Part shown: piece by piece, positions 10,724 to 23,849 of the stretch
How positions within the stretch are numbered: position 1 is the stretch's first letter
How the letters are laid out: every line of letters starts with the position of its first letter
NCBI RefSeq assembly: GCF_001194135.2
Contig: NC_068990.1
Location: 43,108,326 to 43,152,959 of the forward strand
DNA: 44,634 bases
DNA from: Octopus bimaculoides
Taxonomy: Eukaryota
Reading direction: 5' to 3'
The notes under the pieces: generated by a model
Database searches by the model: none
What the model saw: the letters and a program-made list of their open reading frames with translations, nothing else
What the model was told of the DNA's origin: nothing
Program-made: the position numbers and the translations under genes

Positions 10724-11678
10724 ACATATTTGTAGGAATTGCAACTATCACACAAAGTAAATATTTTTATGCAATTCATTAAATGTCTTCAGCCAAAAAA
10801 TCCAATCTAATTCTCATAATTTAGTTTAATACTAATCAAATTGTAATGAAATAAATCAAAAGCATTTTACAAAAACTGGATTTAGCATTTACTATTTTAT
10901 TAAATCAGATTTATATCACTTTTATTTCATTTCAGAGAAAACAATTCTTTCATTTCTGTTTCAGCTCTGATTTTCTGGAAAATGATGATCACTGCTGATT
11001 TAAATACATTCACTTTCTGGATCATGAAACAAAACTTCGCCATAAACAGCCATGGCAGTCAGTAGAGACAGTCAAGAACTAGCCATCACAGACAAACTGA
11101 AAGCTAAAAATTGACCAAACAGAAAAAAAAAAAAAACAGTAGCAAAAGTGACAGATAATAAATCACTGACAGAAAGTCTACAGATCACATGAAAGCTTCT
11201 TATAAGAAAGTAGAAATGGTAAAGTAAACAGCCACGTAACCCAAATTTATATTCCAACATACACAACAATAAATTCTAAACAATCTGATACAATCACTCT
11301 CCCAGGAGAGTTAACAATGAATGATTAAATGTTGGACTTAATAAAGTGTAGTTTTGGAATAGCTACTGTTACCCCATGGGGAAAAGAAAAGAGCATGGAA
11401 TTGTGGAGAGATGATAAAAAAAAAAAATTTTAACAGAAATTTTAGGAAAAACAGTTCATTCAAAATTGTAATTTCTATTTCTGTTGTCTAAAACATTGAA
11501 ATACTAAAAATTTACAAAAAAAAAAAAAACATTTAATTCTGTGCCTTTTCTCTCCTTCATGAGATAGTGAGAGTTATACCAAAACTGTACCAAATTTAAT
11601 TCAACAACACCAACAATGAATAACAATAATTGCAGACCAAAAATCACAAGAATATTTCCAGAAAGAAAAAAAAAATAA

Positions 11679-11976
11679 CCATTCAAATGTGGATCGATGC
11701 TAGTGCCACCTGACTGGCTCCCTGTGCTGGTGGCACATAATAAGCACCATCTGAATATGGTCGATGCCAGTGCCACCTGATTGGCTCCCGTGTCAGTGGC
11801 ACACTACACTCTTGGAGTGGTTGGCGTTAGGAAGGGCATCCAGCTGTAGAAAACTTGCCAGATCAGATTGGAACCTGGTGCAGTTTGCTGGCTTGCCAGT
11901 CCCCGGTCAAACCGTCCAACACATGCCAGCATGGAAAACGGACGCTAAACAATGATGATGATGATGATGATGATGA
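11679..11976 (+). mobile_element. RTE 3' UTR fragment with 2 subrepeat units and (GAT)n tail
   Basis: gccagtgccacctgactggctcc units followed by the RTE tail. Confidence 0.85.
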
Positions 11977-12073
11977 GTCGTTTCTGACTGCCAATTGAAA
12001 TGATAACATCTGCTCACTGACACAGCAAAATGAAGTATTAAATACGATTTTAAAGATGTGTGTGTGTATTTAC

Positions 12074-12187
12074 CTCAGTGACAGGAGGAAGGACAATGTC
12101 CATGACTATTTTTGGGACTTCAGAGACAAGTGAGAGAAAGTCACCCTCAAACAGGAAACCTGCCCTGAATGCTTGTAATAGAGTGGA
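12074..12187 (-). other. Candidate coding exon, phase 0-0 (STLLQAFRAGFLFEGDFLSLVSEVPKIVMDIVLPPVTE)
   Basis: Acceptor ...gccttgtcctttgggtatttttag, donor GAG|gtaaat, 114 nt open frame; no protein family recognised. Confidence 0.3.
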
Positions 12188-12824
12188 CTAAAAATACCCA
12201 AAGGACAAGGCAGTGCAAAACCAGACAAAAGTTATTGGGTCTGACATGAGGTGAAATACCAACAACAGCAAATGAAAAAATGAAAAAGGAGAGTTAAAAG
12301 GAGAAGTTACTTTTGTTAATTTATATTGTTTTCTTATCTTTTCTGTCAATTCACAAAATTATTCCAGATCCCTGGTTAATATGTCAGTGCTCATAAGGTA
12401 TACATTGTAATCTGCTGCAATCCTGGAATCAAATGACTGAATCAAACCTTCTGGAAGTTGGTAGTAAGAAACACTAGGGAGAGCTAATCAGCAGAGATTC
12501 TTCAAAGAAATCCTCACACCATCCCAACCCACCAATCTCATGCAAGTGTTTCAACTCTTAACTCCTTTCACTTTAAAGTGAGGCAGGCTGTGGCTGTATC
12601 CAGGTCATTGCTCTTAGATATTCCTCTGCTGTCACATGCAGTGTTACTGCCTGCATTGCAACCCTCCTGGATGATTAAGGCATTCCAGAGTAATGCCAGA
12701 ATGGAATGGGGAAATGGTGAAAGAAAGGCACCAGAAGTAAGATAATGTTTTTTAGACAGTGCTGACACATTGTTGCTCTGAATTTACTTGTGTCACATTT
12801 CTAACAATGATGTTTCTTTTATGA

Positions 12825-13035
12825 TTTACTTGCTCAGTCATTGGACTGCGACCACACTGGGGCACCTCCTTGAAGAGTTTAGTTGAACAAATTGAGCCCA
12901 GTACTTATTTCTTTTCCATGCCTGATACTTATTCCATCAGTCTCCTATGCTGAACAGTTAAGTTATGAAGATGTAAATAAACCAACACTGGTTGTCAAGT
13001 AGTGATGCGGGACAAACACAAATACAAGCACACAT
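12825..13035 (-). mobile_element. SINE 3' half, decayed
   Basis: Reverse complement of the 8906-family tail (cagtcattggactgcgacc ... ctggttgtcaagtagtg). Confidence 0.7.
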
Positions 13036-13678
13036 AGATACACCCATACATGTGATATACAAATGTATATTATCATCATCAGACAGACAAATAAGCATTT
13101 TGATATCTGTTATATTATTTCAAAATAGCTACTGAAACATGGAAAAAGTTTGTGTAGACACATATTGTGTGTATGTATTTTAACATATATGTGTATGCAT
13201 ACATATGTAAATGTGAGTGTCTGTCAAAATTCTATTTTAATCATATGACTAAAGAATACAAACAGTCTGGATTTTCTGTTTGATAATTTCAAACTAAATA
13301 TACTGTCTCTAATCTTTCACTCACTTCATCTGTCACACACTCATGTAGTATATTCGGAACTTTAAATACACTCATGATCAAAAGTGCCATACTTGTTTTT
13401 GCTTCCCAGTTGAAATATCTACACGTTGCTGAACAAGCCAGTGAGAGCAACCTATTGATCTGCTAGAAATAGTCACTCAATCTTCTAGAAATTGCAACCA
13501 AATTCTCCTCAAAGTACCCCATACCATATTAAAAAATGAAGAACACATATGACTTAAAAATCAGATGGATTGCTTTGGAGAATATTTCCCTGTTATTCTT
13601 GAATATTAAATAACTCTACATCTACCTAAAGTACATGTTTTCTTTTGGTAATCTTTTTTATTTTTAGGGTGCTTGCAC

Positions 13679-13918
13679 CAGTGGTTCTCAATAAGGGTCC
13701 ATATGGCCCTTGGGAGCCCACACATGATTTTATTGTTAAAATTTATATCCAATAAATGAGTTATGCTTCTGCAATACACAAAAATATTTTTAACAATTTT
13801 TTAAACAATTCCTAATAATATTTAATTATATAAAAGTATAATAGGGTTTATCAAACATCGAATGATTATGAGGATTCATCTTGAGTTAAATAGGAATCAC
13901 AGGGGTTGAGAAACACTG
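13679..13918. mobile_element. hAT-type MITE
   Basis: TIRs CAGTGGTTCTCAA / TTGAGAAACACTG (1 mismatch). Shares agggtccatatg and aaacatcgaatg with the MITE at 36446-37409. 8-bp flanks match at only 4 of 8 positions. Confidence 0.7.
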
Positions 13919-14611
13919 GTTTATGCCAATTGCATTGGAAAAATTTTTGATTAAACATTATTTTAGGATGCAAAAAGATAGTGAAAGCAAAATACAAAAG
14001 AAACTAAAGCAAAACTCATAAAAAAAAACTGATGACACCAAAATATTAAAGAATCAAAACAATAAAAAAATTTTAATAAGTACTAGACTGACTGAATACG
14101 TCTACATAACATAAAAATTACATTAATAAGCATCATTTTGCATATTCAAAAACTTTGAAGATGAAAATAATGAGAGCTAGAACTCATTGATCATAAATCT
14201 GATTGATCAGAGTTCACCTGCATCTAAATAGAAACAATAACTTTTGACCTCATCTGCAAAGTACAGTCTAACCAAACAGGCAGATCAGACATTACATTTT
14301 TACATATAGTAAACAAGTCACATATATTTTTGGTCAAGTGTTATCAAGAATTTATTACATATATTCAATACGTTGCTCTTTAATTTAGTTATGCAAATAT
14401 ATGCCAATGGATCCATTGAATTATTTCCTAAAACGATTTTTACCTTTAATTGGGAAAATTTAAAATATTTATGCATGTATTTGTGTGTGCGAGGTGTATG
14501 CATGCATGTGTGTACTTGTCCATGTGTGTGTCTGTGTATGTGTGTTATATACTCTGTGTATGAGAATCTGAAAATATACATTTACCAAAATCACAATTAA
14601 AAATAAGGGTG

Positions 14612-14695
14612 CATCTTATACATGGTAGCATATCATACACATCTTATACATGGTAGCATATCATACACATCTTATACATGGTAGCATATCATACA
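14612..14695. repeat. Three perfect 28-bp tandem copies (CATCTTATACATGGTAGCATATCATACA)
   Basis: Units at 14612, 14640 and 14668. Confidence 0.95.
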
Positions 14696-14822
14696 CATAC
14701 ACAGTAGCATATCGTACATGGACTTTTATGGTAGCAGGGCTACATGTTCAATATTTGAATTACTTGATTTAAAGATTAATTTAAACAAAAATGTAAAATT
14801 TATTTCTTCATAATAATGATAA

Positions 14823-16805
14823 TTTTTTCTTTATTATCCAAGGGCTACAAAAAATAATTAGGGCAGAACAGAGACAAAGGAGAGAGGGGATTTACATAGA
14901 AATATATAAACAATAAAAACAAGAACAATTTACAAAAAATTCTTTAAAAACAAAATCGCCAATAGGAGTAAAATGCCACTCAGAGGCAGTCAAAGAATGC
15001 CACAAATCCTGAGTTACTCTACATGCTCAAAATTGCTCCTCTTTCCTCTGTATTCCCCAGTCTACAGGTGTCAGCTTAAAGCAGACCCACTCACTTGGGC
15101 TATCCTCACTGCATTCATCTATCATTCAACAAATTTACTGAGTTGGGGTGGGGTCACATTCCTCTTAACTCTCACCTTTCCAAGTGGAATTTTAAAAGAT
15201 CAATGAGGCCTTGGCTGAAGAGGCAAGTGTATGTCTTCAGGCCTTTCAGTCCCATCCATCACACAACTTCTTTTGTCATAGCTGCCAGACAAAGGAAAAC
15301 TGCCTGGCCTTCCCTACCAAACGAAGGCAGAAGGGTGCTCTTCACAGTGGAATTAGCCAATAGTCAAATTTGTTCTACACATGATAGCAGCTGTTCAACT
15401 TAACTCCACAAGTTAGCAACACTCAAGTATAGTACAAGTGCATGTAGAACGATTTTGTCATTCTGCATGCATCTCAGGCAGGCACAGCTGACAGTACTTC
15501 CATGCCTGTAAAGTTTATCTTGAACCAGTAATGCCTCCCAGTAGCATTACCAGGGCAAGGATTTCTAAAAATTATCCATGAGCTTTGGCCCAAAAATTCT
15601 CTGGCAAAAACCAACCACTTGATCCTCAATGACACCCAGAGTTCCCCAATCACTCTTGACCATCTCTAATCCTCCATAGAACACCATGATGGAACATCCG
15701 CCTAATTCATTGTCTGACAGCCAGGTTGTGAGTATCTACTGATACTCAAAGTGCCAAGCACTCTTCCTTGATTCAGGACTACACTTGATCCAAGACTGCA
15801 ATTCTGTCAGAGAGGTGAGCTATGGAAAAGTATGTCTAACAAATGGCAACCACTATTAAGAGAAAGCTCAGTCCTCCAAGCAGCAGATACTGACAGCAAA
15901 TGAACCACCTAGTCAGTAGGATGCATCCCCTCCACAAAACGTAGAATAGCAAATGCTATGAAGTGGAACAAGGCATAATAGTCAGGTGTAATGCAGGCCA
16001 TCCAGCTTTGGCAACTTCATCATGCACCTGTCATCACTTACCATATTCCAGCAGATGTTATTGGTCTTTCACAGGACTCTGCATCCCTAGTCAAAAGCTG
16101 TGGCAAGCCATAAAGGTAGGAAGTAGAGTTTAACCCCTGCTTCCAACTCACCACTCACCCAAACAGTTGAGCAGAGTGCCACTGTAAAGCCACATACATA
16201 TGTTTCAAATGGAGTGCTCCTCCCAGTCCCTCAAAGACCAAATTGTGGCTTTGTTGCTGCATTGCACTTCTGCCACTCAGGCCCTTTAAATACATCTCAT
16301 TCCCTCAGACCTTAGAGCACAGGCCCTAGCTCTGACAATGCAATGTTGATGCTTAGCATTGAAGAATCAGTCAAGGGCCAATCCTACTGCCAACATATCA
16401 CAATGCTTTTTCAATCGTGATGCTTTTTCTAAGTGCCTCTTCTAGGTTATTAACATCTCTAGAATTCTTTATCACTATTTCCTTACTAACCCTTATGAAT
16501 TCTATGATTCTAATCTAACAGCCCTTTTCAGGGCTAACACTCTTGGTTGTCAACGGTTGCCCCAGTCACCTTCCTCCTAATTAGTTCTTTAATCCAGACT
16601 CTTCAAACTTGGGGTGTAAGGAAAGATGCTTTCAGATTCCAGTGTATCTGGATCCCTGTCTATGCAACTTATCTAGGTCAACCATGCAAATCACAAATTT
16701 GTGGTCTGTATAGCTGGCAACTTTGAACTGTAGATTCTCTATGTTACCCCTATTTACAGGCCTACATAATACTCTATCTCAATGTGACCTAGATGGCCTC
16801 ATATT
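14823..16805 (-). mobile_element. L1/Tx1-type LINE remnant, RT core deleted
   Basis: Minus peptides: endonuclease end (DRVLCR..SYTDHKFV), linker (FFNAKHQHCIVRARA), LDGLHY, then LFYVLWRG..ICCQ..GGL, zinc-finger region (DKLYRHGS..CLRC..VLHALV..LW), FGREGQAVFLCLAAMTKEVV. AATAAA at 14835-14830. Confidence 0.8.
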
Positions 16806-17349
16806 GTTTGCCCATTCCCAAGCATCTTAGCTGATAGATAGCAGTCAAAGGAATCAAATGTGACAGTGGTTGAACAGTAGGAAGGGTGGTGCAAGGTAAA
16901 TTTATTAAATTTTAATGATTATAAAAGTGCCATCCAATTACTTGAGTTTTCGTCTTTGTTTTCTCTTATAATCCCATTCATGTCTAAGAAACATTATTGG
17001 AACATAAATCAACTCCAGAAGGATGAAATGCTAAGTTAACCTAGGTGGGAGAATTGTCTATACACTATCCCAATATCTGTAATGTTGTTTTGATTTTAAA
17101 ATTCTGTATATAATCAAAAATAAATGGTAGCTTTTTTTACACTATTACATTCATTTTTTGTTTGCCTTATCAATTGTCATATTTTAAATATTCTAAATAT
17201 TCTGTAAATAAATTTATATCATAAGCATTCCATTCGGGCTGGTGTTTGACTTTCATCTGAATTTTGGTTGTTTTATCTTTATTCTCTTTCAGTCTGTATG
17301 AGATGAGGAAATCTCATGATTGTGAAGAAAAAGCTTGAAAGAAAAGCAA

Positions 17350-17505
17350 GGTTGTTTGGTTTCTAGTTAAGACATTTGCTCTGCAATCACGTTTTAATTT
17401 TGATCTCATTGTCTGGACCTTAGGCTAGCATCTTCTAAGATGAATTTACCAGTATTTTGTAACTAGTATTTGGTTGATGGAAACTGTACAGATGCCTATC
17501 ATATA
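17350..17505 (+). mobile_element. Highly decayed SINE 5' part
   Basis: tatttggttgatggaaactgtacagatgcc matches the SINE body. Confidence 0.5.
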
Positions 17506-17984
17506 TGACCGGATATTTTCTACCTACTGCCTGAATATATTATTCTATAAGAATTACAGAAATTCTTCAATAATTTCTGGAAGTTCCATTAAAAATACAG
17601 TGAGTATCATATGAATATTTTGAGTTTTCCTTTTCATGTGGATTTACGTGCAAAAGGCTCTCTATTAGCTAAATATTGTTCAAAGGATTTTCACAGAACT
17701 GCATTCTATTGATAAACTGACTTTTCTTTTGTTCATAACTGGAAAAGGAAATCAAATCTGTTTTTGTCTATTAACCCAGTATACTATGTCAAAATCAATC
17801 ATTATGTGGAGCTCTCTCTATCTCCCTTTTTCTGTTTTTTCTTTATCCTATGACTACCTCTTTCTTCCCTTCTTCAGCTCTTATGTACCCACACATACAT
17901 AGATGTATATATTCTTTTATTCTTTTATTTGTCTCAGTCATGCAGCTGTGGTCATGCTGGAGCACCACCATGGAAAGAAACATT

Positions 17985-18035
<51 letters not shown>

Positions 18036-18201
18036 ATATGTATAAAAAATTAAGCATATATTATAATATATGGGTATATGGCCATGTGTGTGTATGAGTT
18101 TTTTCACTCCATTTCATAAACCTTAAACCAAGTGTCTTTTCATCGTCATTTTCATGTTTCTTTCTCTTTCCACTCATTCCAACACACACATATATACATA
18201 T

Positions 18202-18343
<142 letters not shown>

Positions 18344-19424
18344 TTGTGTGTGCAAACATTAAACCACATATCTTTTCATCTTCTTCATTTCCATGCTTAT
18401 TTCTCTTTCTGCACAGTTCATTATATATTTATAAACCTTACACTTTTCTTATTCATTTTTTCTTACCCTGACGCAATAAATATAGGCTTTCCATATTATG
18501 CTATTTTGTTACCTCTATCTTAAATTATCTTAAACTCAGCAAATGCTTCACCAAATATAATCTTTTACCATCTACGTTCTACTAACTCTTCCTCTTCTGC
18601 TCACCACTTTTCCTCTACTTTCTTTTCTTTCTATATTGTCTTCTTTCATACACATATTGTAGTTGTTCCTTTCTTTTCAAGCCTTTCCTTTTCTTTCCTC
18701 TCCTTCTTCTTTCTCTCTGTCTCATATTTTTTTTACACTATTACATTCATTTTTGTTTTGCCTTATCAATTGTCATATTTTAAATATTCTAAATGTTGCA
18801 TTTAACATAAATTTTTTAACTGTTAGAGTATTTATAGCATTTACAGGTCTTGTTTTGATCCAATATATTTTACTTTGGTAAAGTTTCAGAATAAGCAAAG
18901 TGCACCTGTAACATTTTTTATTTATTGAACAATTCCAGGTTTTTTTTTGTTTTTGCGCTTCTTGGAGAATGAGGTTCTTTGAACATTAGAGATTACTATT
19001 CTGCAAAATACAAAAACAAAAAACAAAAAAACAATGAAAGTAAGAAAGAAAATATTCAAAATTTCAGCGTTTTCATTTTTTGCACCCTCACACTGGAATA
19101 TGTAACAGGTGATAACCTTTTCATATTAGACATTTTTTGCTGAAAATTTTTCCTGTATGATATTTTCAAACTGGTAAAATAAGCATCAGAAACTGCAGGA
19201 GCTGTTGTATAAAGATATTGCAAGCTTTTCAACAAATGCTGACTAAAGCTATTGTTATGTTGAAACCTCTTTCCTATCTTCAGCAGGTATCTCAGGGTCA
19301 CAAGCAATTTTCCGCGAAGCCTGTACACTTCACCTGAGTGTGGCAATGCAGATTGAATTAGCCTTTATCTATAGAAGGGTCTCATTTACAGTATCTTGGT
19401 AATCACAACCATCTTGAACTGCAC

Positions 19425-19795
19425 AGAAGGGATGACAAGGTGCCGTGACTTCTGGTAGATTGCTGTGCTTGAGAAGACACGTCAAACCAAATGAAATCCT
19501 GGTTGCCCTTGCATATAAGCATGTCCCTTGCATTCCACTTCAGCAGGGCAATCGTAATCTTGTGGGCTCATGAGTGCTGGTGTCACATAAAAAGCACCCA
19601 GTGCATTCTCTAAAGTGGTTGGCATTTGGAAGGGTATCCAGCTGTAGAAACCATGCCAAAACAGACATGGAGACTGGTCAGCTGAAGAGCTGCCCAGTTC
19701 CAGTCAAACCATCCAACCTACGCCAGCATCGGAAACAGATATTAAATGATGATGATGGTGGTGGTGGTGGTGGTGGTAGTGGTGGTGGTGGTGAT
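19425..19795 (+). mobile_element. RTE 3' fragment with (GAT)/(GGT)n tail
   Basis: gctgtgcttgagaagac ... ggaagggtatccagctgtagaaacc ... gatgatgatggtggtggt. Confidence 0.75.
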
Positions 19796-20349
19796 GTTTG
19801 GGCTCAAAACCAATCTTCTGCAAGAAACAGTTCTCAAATCTTACTGGTAAACTGTGGCCATGTTCTGATATTTGGTTTTCTTCAGTTGGTGAGAAATTTT
19901 AAGTTTCTTCTCCCTGGAAACTCTGAATTCAGTCATGACAATTGTTTTTGTACTACTGGATAGCATATCTCATTGGAGTAGTGCTTCCATCTCTTCTGGA
20001 AAGACTAGTCACCCTTCAGATCTACTCTTGCATCTTCCAGACCCACTTCAGATCCACTTGCATCTTGAGGCTGAGATTATGCAGAAGAATATTTTTTAAA
20101 TTTCAATTTTTTTTACATTTCTTATGCCTCACTGCTTTTCTTTTTTGCTTTTGATTTTTTGACATCAGAGAATGCAACCAGGCATAATAGATCATGAATC
20201 TAATCCAATTAATTTTTTTTCTTTCTAAAGACCCAGCCTTGTCACAAACCATGTCATGCTAATTCATTTAAGTATTACATTAAGAATACACATATCTGTG
20301 AAATGTTCAACCATCTAAATATTACTTCAATAAGCAAGTAGTTGAGTTA

Positions 20350-22515
20350 TTCAAATAATAGGGAAAGCTCCCAGCTCATCAGGAATCACCACAGAGATGC
20401 TTTAAATAACCGACAGGGTTGGCTATAGTCTAGTCACCCATATAGTCAATCAGGTGATACATGAAGGAGTCATACCCAATGACTGGTGTAGCAGCACCAT
20501 AGTCAACTGCTACAAAGGTAAGGGTGAGGCATTAGATACAAATAATTACAAAGGTATCAAGTCATTGGATCAGGTAATGAAAGTCATGGAGAGGGTCATA
20601 GCCCAACTAATTGGGGAGAGAGTCAGTTTAGATGAGATGCACTTTGGGTTTGTGCCAGGGAAAAGCACCACTGATGCTATATTTCTGGTAGGAGAAATAC
20701 CTAGCCAAAGATAAACCTCTGTACCTGGCTTTTGCTGACTTGGAAAAAGCCTTTAACAGGGTGCCCTGATCCCTTATCTGGTGGTCAATGCAGAAACTAA
20801 AGATAGATGAGTGGTTAGTAAGAGCTGTACGAGCCATGTACAGGAATACTGTCAGTAAGGTGAGGGTTGGCAACGAGTACAATGAAGAATTCCGGGTAGG
20901 AGTAGGGGTCCACCAAGGATCAATCCTCAGCCCCCTCTTATTTATCATAGACCTCGAGGCAATAACAGAGGAATTCTAGACAGGATGCCCCTGGGAGCTT
21001 CTCTATGCTGATGACCTCACTCTAATAGCTGAGTTACTATCAGAACTAGAGCAGAAGTTTCAGGTGTGGAAGCAAGGATTAGAATCGAAGGGCCTTAGAG
21101 TCAATCTAGGAAGAACCAAAGTCTTAATAAGTAGGAAGGCAAACAAACAACAAATCCCTTCAGGTTGATGGCCCTGCTTGATCTATAGAAAAGGCGTAGG
21201 TAGAAACTCTGTAAGATGTACCTGGTGTAAGCTATAGACACATAAGGAAGGCTAACTGGGAAGATAGTTTTTGTGCATGCCAAATGCTCAGGAGCAATAA
21301 ACACTGAAAATGTGCAGAAAACAGCTTCTCTCACATTCCAGCGGGGAAAACTACAAGTAGTTGATAGCTTACATTACATAGGTGACCAAGTCAGTAGCGG
21401 GGTAGGTTGCTCTGAGAGTGTAGCTGCTAGATTAAGAATAGCCTGGGCAAAGTTTGGAGAGCTCCTACCTCTGCTGGTGACAAAGAGCCTCTCGCTCAGA
21501 GTAAAAGGTAGACTGTATGATGCATGTGTGCAAACAGCCATGCTACATGGCAGTGAAACATGGGCCATGACTGCTGAAGATATGTGTAAGCTTGTAAGGA
21601 ATGAAGCTGGATGTGTAATGTCAGTGTGCATACACGACAGAGTGTAAGCACCCTGAGAGAAAAGTTGGACATAAAAAACATCAGATGTGGTGTGCAAGAG
21701 AGACGACTGCACTGGTATGGTCATGAGGACAGCTGTTTGAAAAAGTGTCACACCCTAGCTGTAGAGGGAACCTGTGGAAGAGGCAGACCCAGGATGACCT
21801 GGGATGAGGTGTTGAAACATGACCCTCGAACATTGGCAATGACAAGTGACTGAGACTTTTGGAGATATGCTATGCTTGAGAAGACCTAGCAAGCCAAGTG
21901 AAACCGTAACCATGGCCTATGCCAGTGCAGCATAACCAGCCCATTTAAGAGTACCCTTTAATCATTGGGCAATAAACTGCACTTGGGAAGAGCTGTTGAG
22001 GCAAGTGAAGTTGTTGTCATGGCCGATGACAGTTCCATCTGGTTGGCACTAGTGTCGGTGGCATGTAAAAAGCACCATTTGAGCATGGTTTATGCCAGTG
22101 CTACCTGACTGGCTCCTGTGCTGGTGACATGTAAAATGCACCCTTCGAGTGTGGTTGATGCCAGTACTAGCTAACTGGTCCCGTGCCGGTAGCACATAAA
22201 AAGCACCATTCAAGCGTGGTCATTGCCAGTGCCACCTGGCTGGCTCCCATGCCGGTGGCATGTAAAAAGCACCATCCAAGTGTGGCTGATGCCAGTACTG
22301 CCTGACTGGCCCTCATGTTGGTGGCACATAAAAAGCATCCACTATACTCTCAGAGTGGTTGGTGTTAGGAAGGGTATCCTACTGTAGAAATATTGCCAGA
22401 TGAGATTGGAGCCTGGTGCAGCTTTCTGGCTCGCCAGCCCTCAGTCAAACCATCCAACCCATGCCAGCATGGAAAGCAGACGTTAAACGACGACGACGAC
22501 GATGATGATGATGAT
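20350..22515 (+). mobile_element. RTE LINE, 5'-truncated, frameshifted reverse transcriptase plus 3' UTR
   Basis: GKAP..GITTEML, IPNDW..IVNCYKGKG, FGFVPGKSTTDAIF, HQGSILSPLLF, LYADDL (21001-21018), GSETW, RRLHWYGH; subrepeat-containing 3' UTR and (GAC/GAT)n tail. Confidence 0.95.
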
Positions 22516-23849
22516 GTTGAAACAACAGAAATTCTTTTCCTTATACTTTTGTGCAGAAACCAATGATATACAGTAAACAGTTGAAATATCAAGAAGACAT
22601 ACACTCGATCTAGTTTGTATTCATAAATAAATATTTGTTTGATATCATTAGTTAGAAACCTGTGACCACTGATGCTGTTGTTACCAATTATAACATAAAA
22701 TTTTTTTAAATAATCGTTTTTATTCATTTTTCGAAATATTTGTAGAGATTTTAGTGTTTCAGATACGTTTGTCACAGATTTGCAATGTAAAAAATTCATG
22801 ACGCAGGAATATATTTACTTAGATTCATATTTCTTTCTATTCAGTGAAAGAGTCTTGCTTTATATTTTATAAGTATAGTAGTGCATTAATGGACTGCTGG
22901 TCACAGCTAAAATATTTATGCTTTTTATTCAATGTACCAACCCAGGAACATGTAATAAATATGTTGGTTGGTAACTGAATAGTTATCATTGTTGTTTAGT
23001 CCCAGATTGGTCTGATCCAACAGACCTACAATCAAGAATATTCCAGCCATAACCATCACTTTTTTTTTTTTTTTTTTACCAAAAATAGTGTATCCAGGAC
23101 TGGGTGTTCTTTAAGTTTACAACATCAATTTCACTTTCATGAAATATCCTAATTTGGATGATGTGTATCCTCTTTCAGGGCCTGAATCTTTTTCTTTTCC
23201 AATAGCCAGTTAATTTGCTTTCACTCTTTGTCAATTTCAAGAAATTTTATTTTGAAGGAAAGCTATGTGAATTATTTCGAATTTTGTATCATATTTTTTA
23301 TGAGCCCAAAATCAGCCAGATGTTTAATCTGCTCTCTGCTGAGGGGCTGTTGGGCTTTGGTTACCATAGGATCTTTAAATTAGAGAATCTCAGAAATTTT
23401 TCCCTGCAAAATTTTATTAAAAAAATATGAATTCTCCAGCAAGCTATGAGGTAAGTGACAGAGCACCAATCTGTAGTTGTACTCCACCGTAATAGAAGAT
23501 TTGTATGATAAATGGAAACTAATGTTGTAAAATCTAGAACTGCAATATTCAATGTGGCCTTTTTTAAAGACAATAGATTGTGATTCAAAGAAGATTTGGT
23601 TATGTTTACTGGGTCTCATGATCACATAGTGGCTTCCTCATTGACTCATCGTAATTAGCTATATTTGAACTACAAAACCAAAATGGAAAACTGAAATCAA
23701 ATATTTTAGCAAACAAAACAAGTTTCTGATTTATGCAATTCTAAATTGCTTTGATTTCACCATTTCCCTTTGTTTGGTTCCATTTTCATAAATAAAAAGA
23801 AAAAAATATTTTCTTTTACAACTTGTTGTTCAGATAAGAAAACTAAAGA

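Noticed and set aside
22020-22345. Repeat array resembling CRISPR
   Set aside because: Whole units are degenerate tandem copies without unique spacers, there are no cas genes, and the array lies in a eukaryotic RTE 3' UTR
22365-22799. 144-aa minus ORF
   Set aside because: The last third is an RTE tail; the rest has no recognisable motif, and an ORF this long is expected by chance a few times in a window this size
23280-23400. Minus peptide QIKHLADFGLIKN resembling a kinase DFG motif
   Set aside because: Bounded by stops, with no HRD/VAIK context and no convincing splice sites
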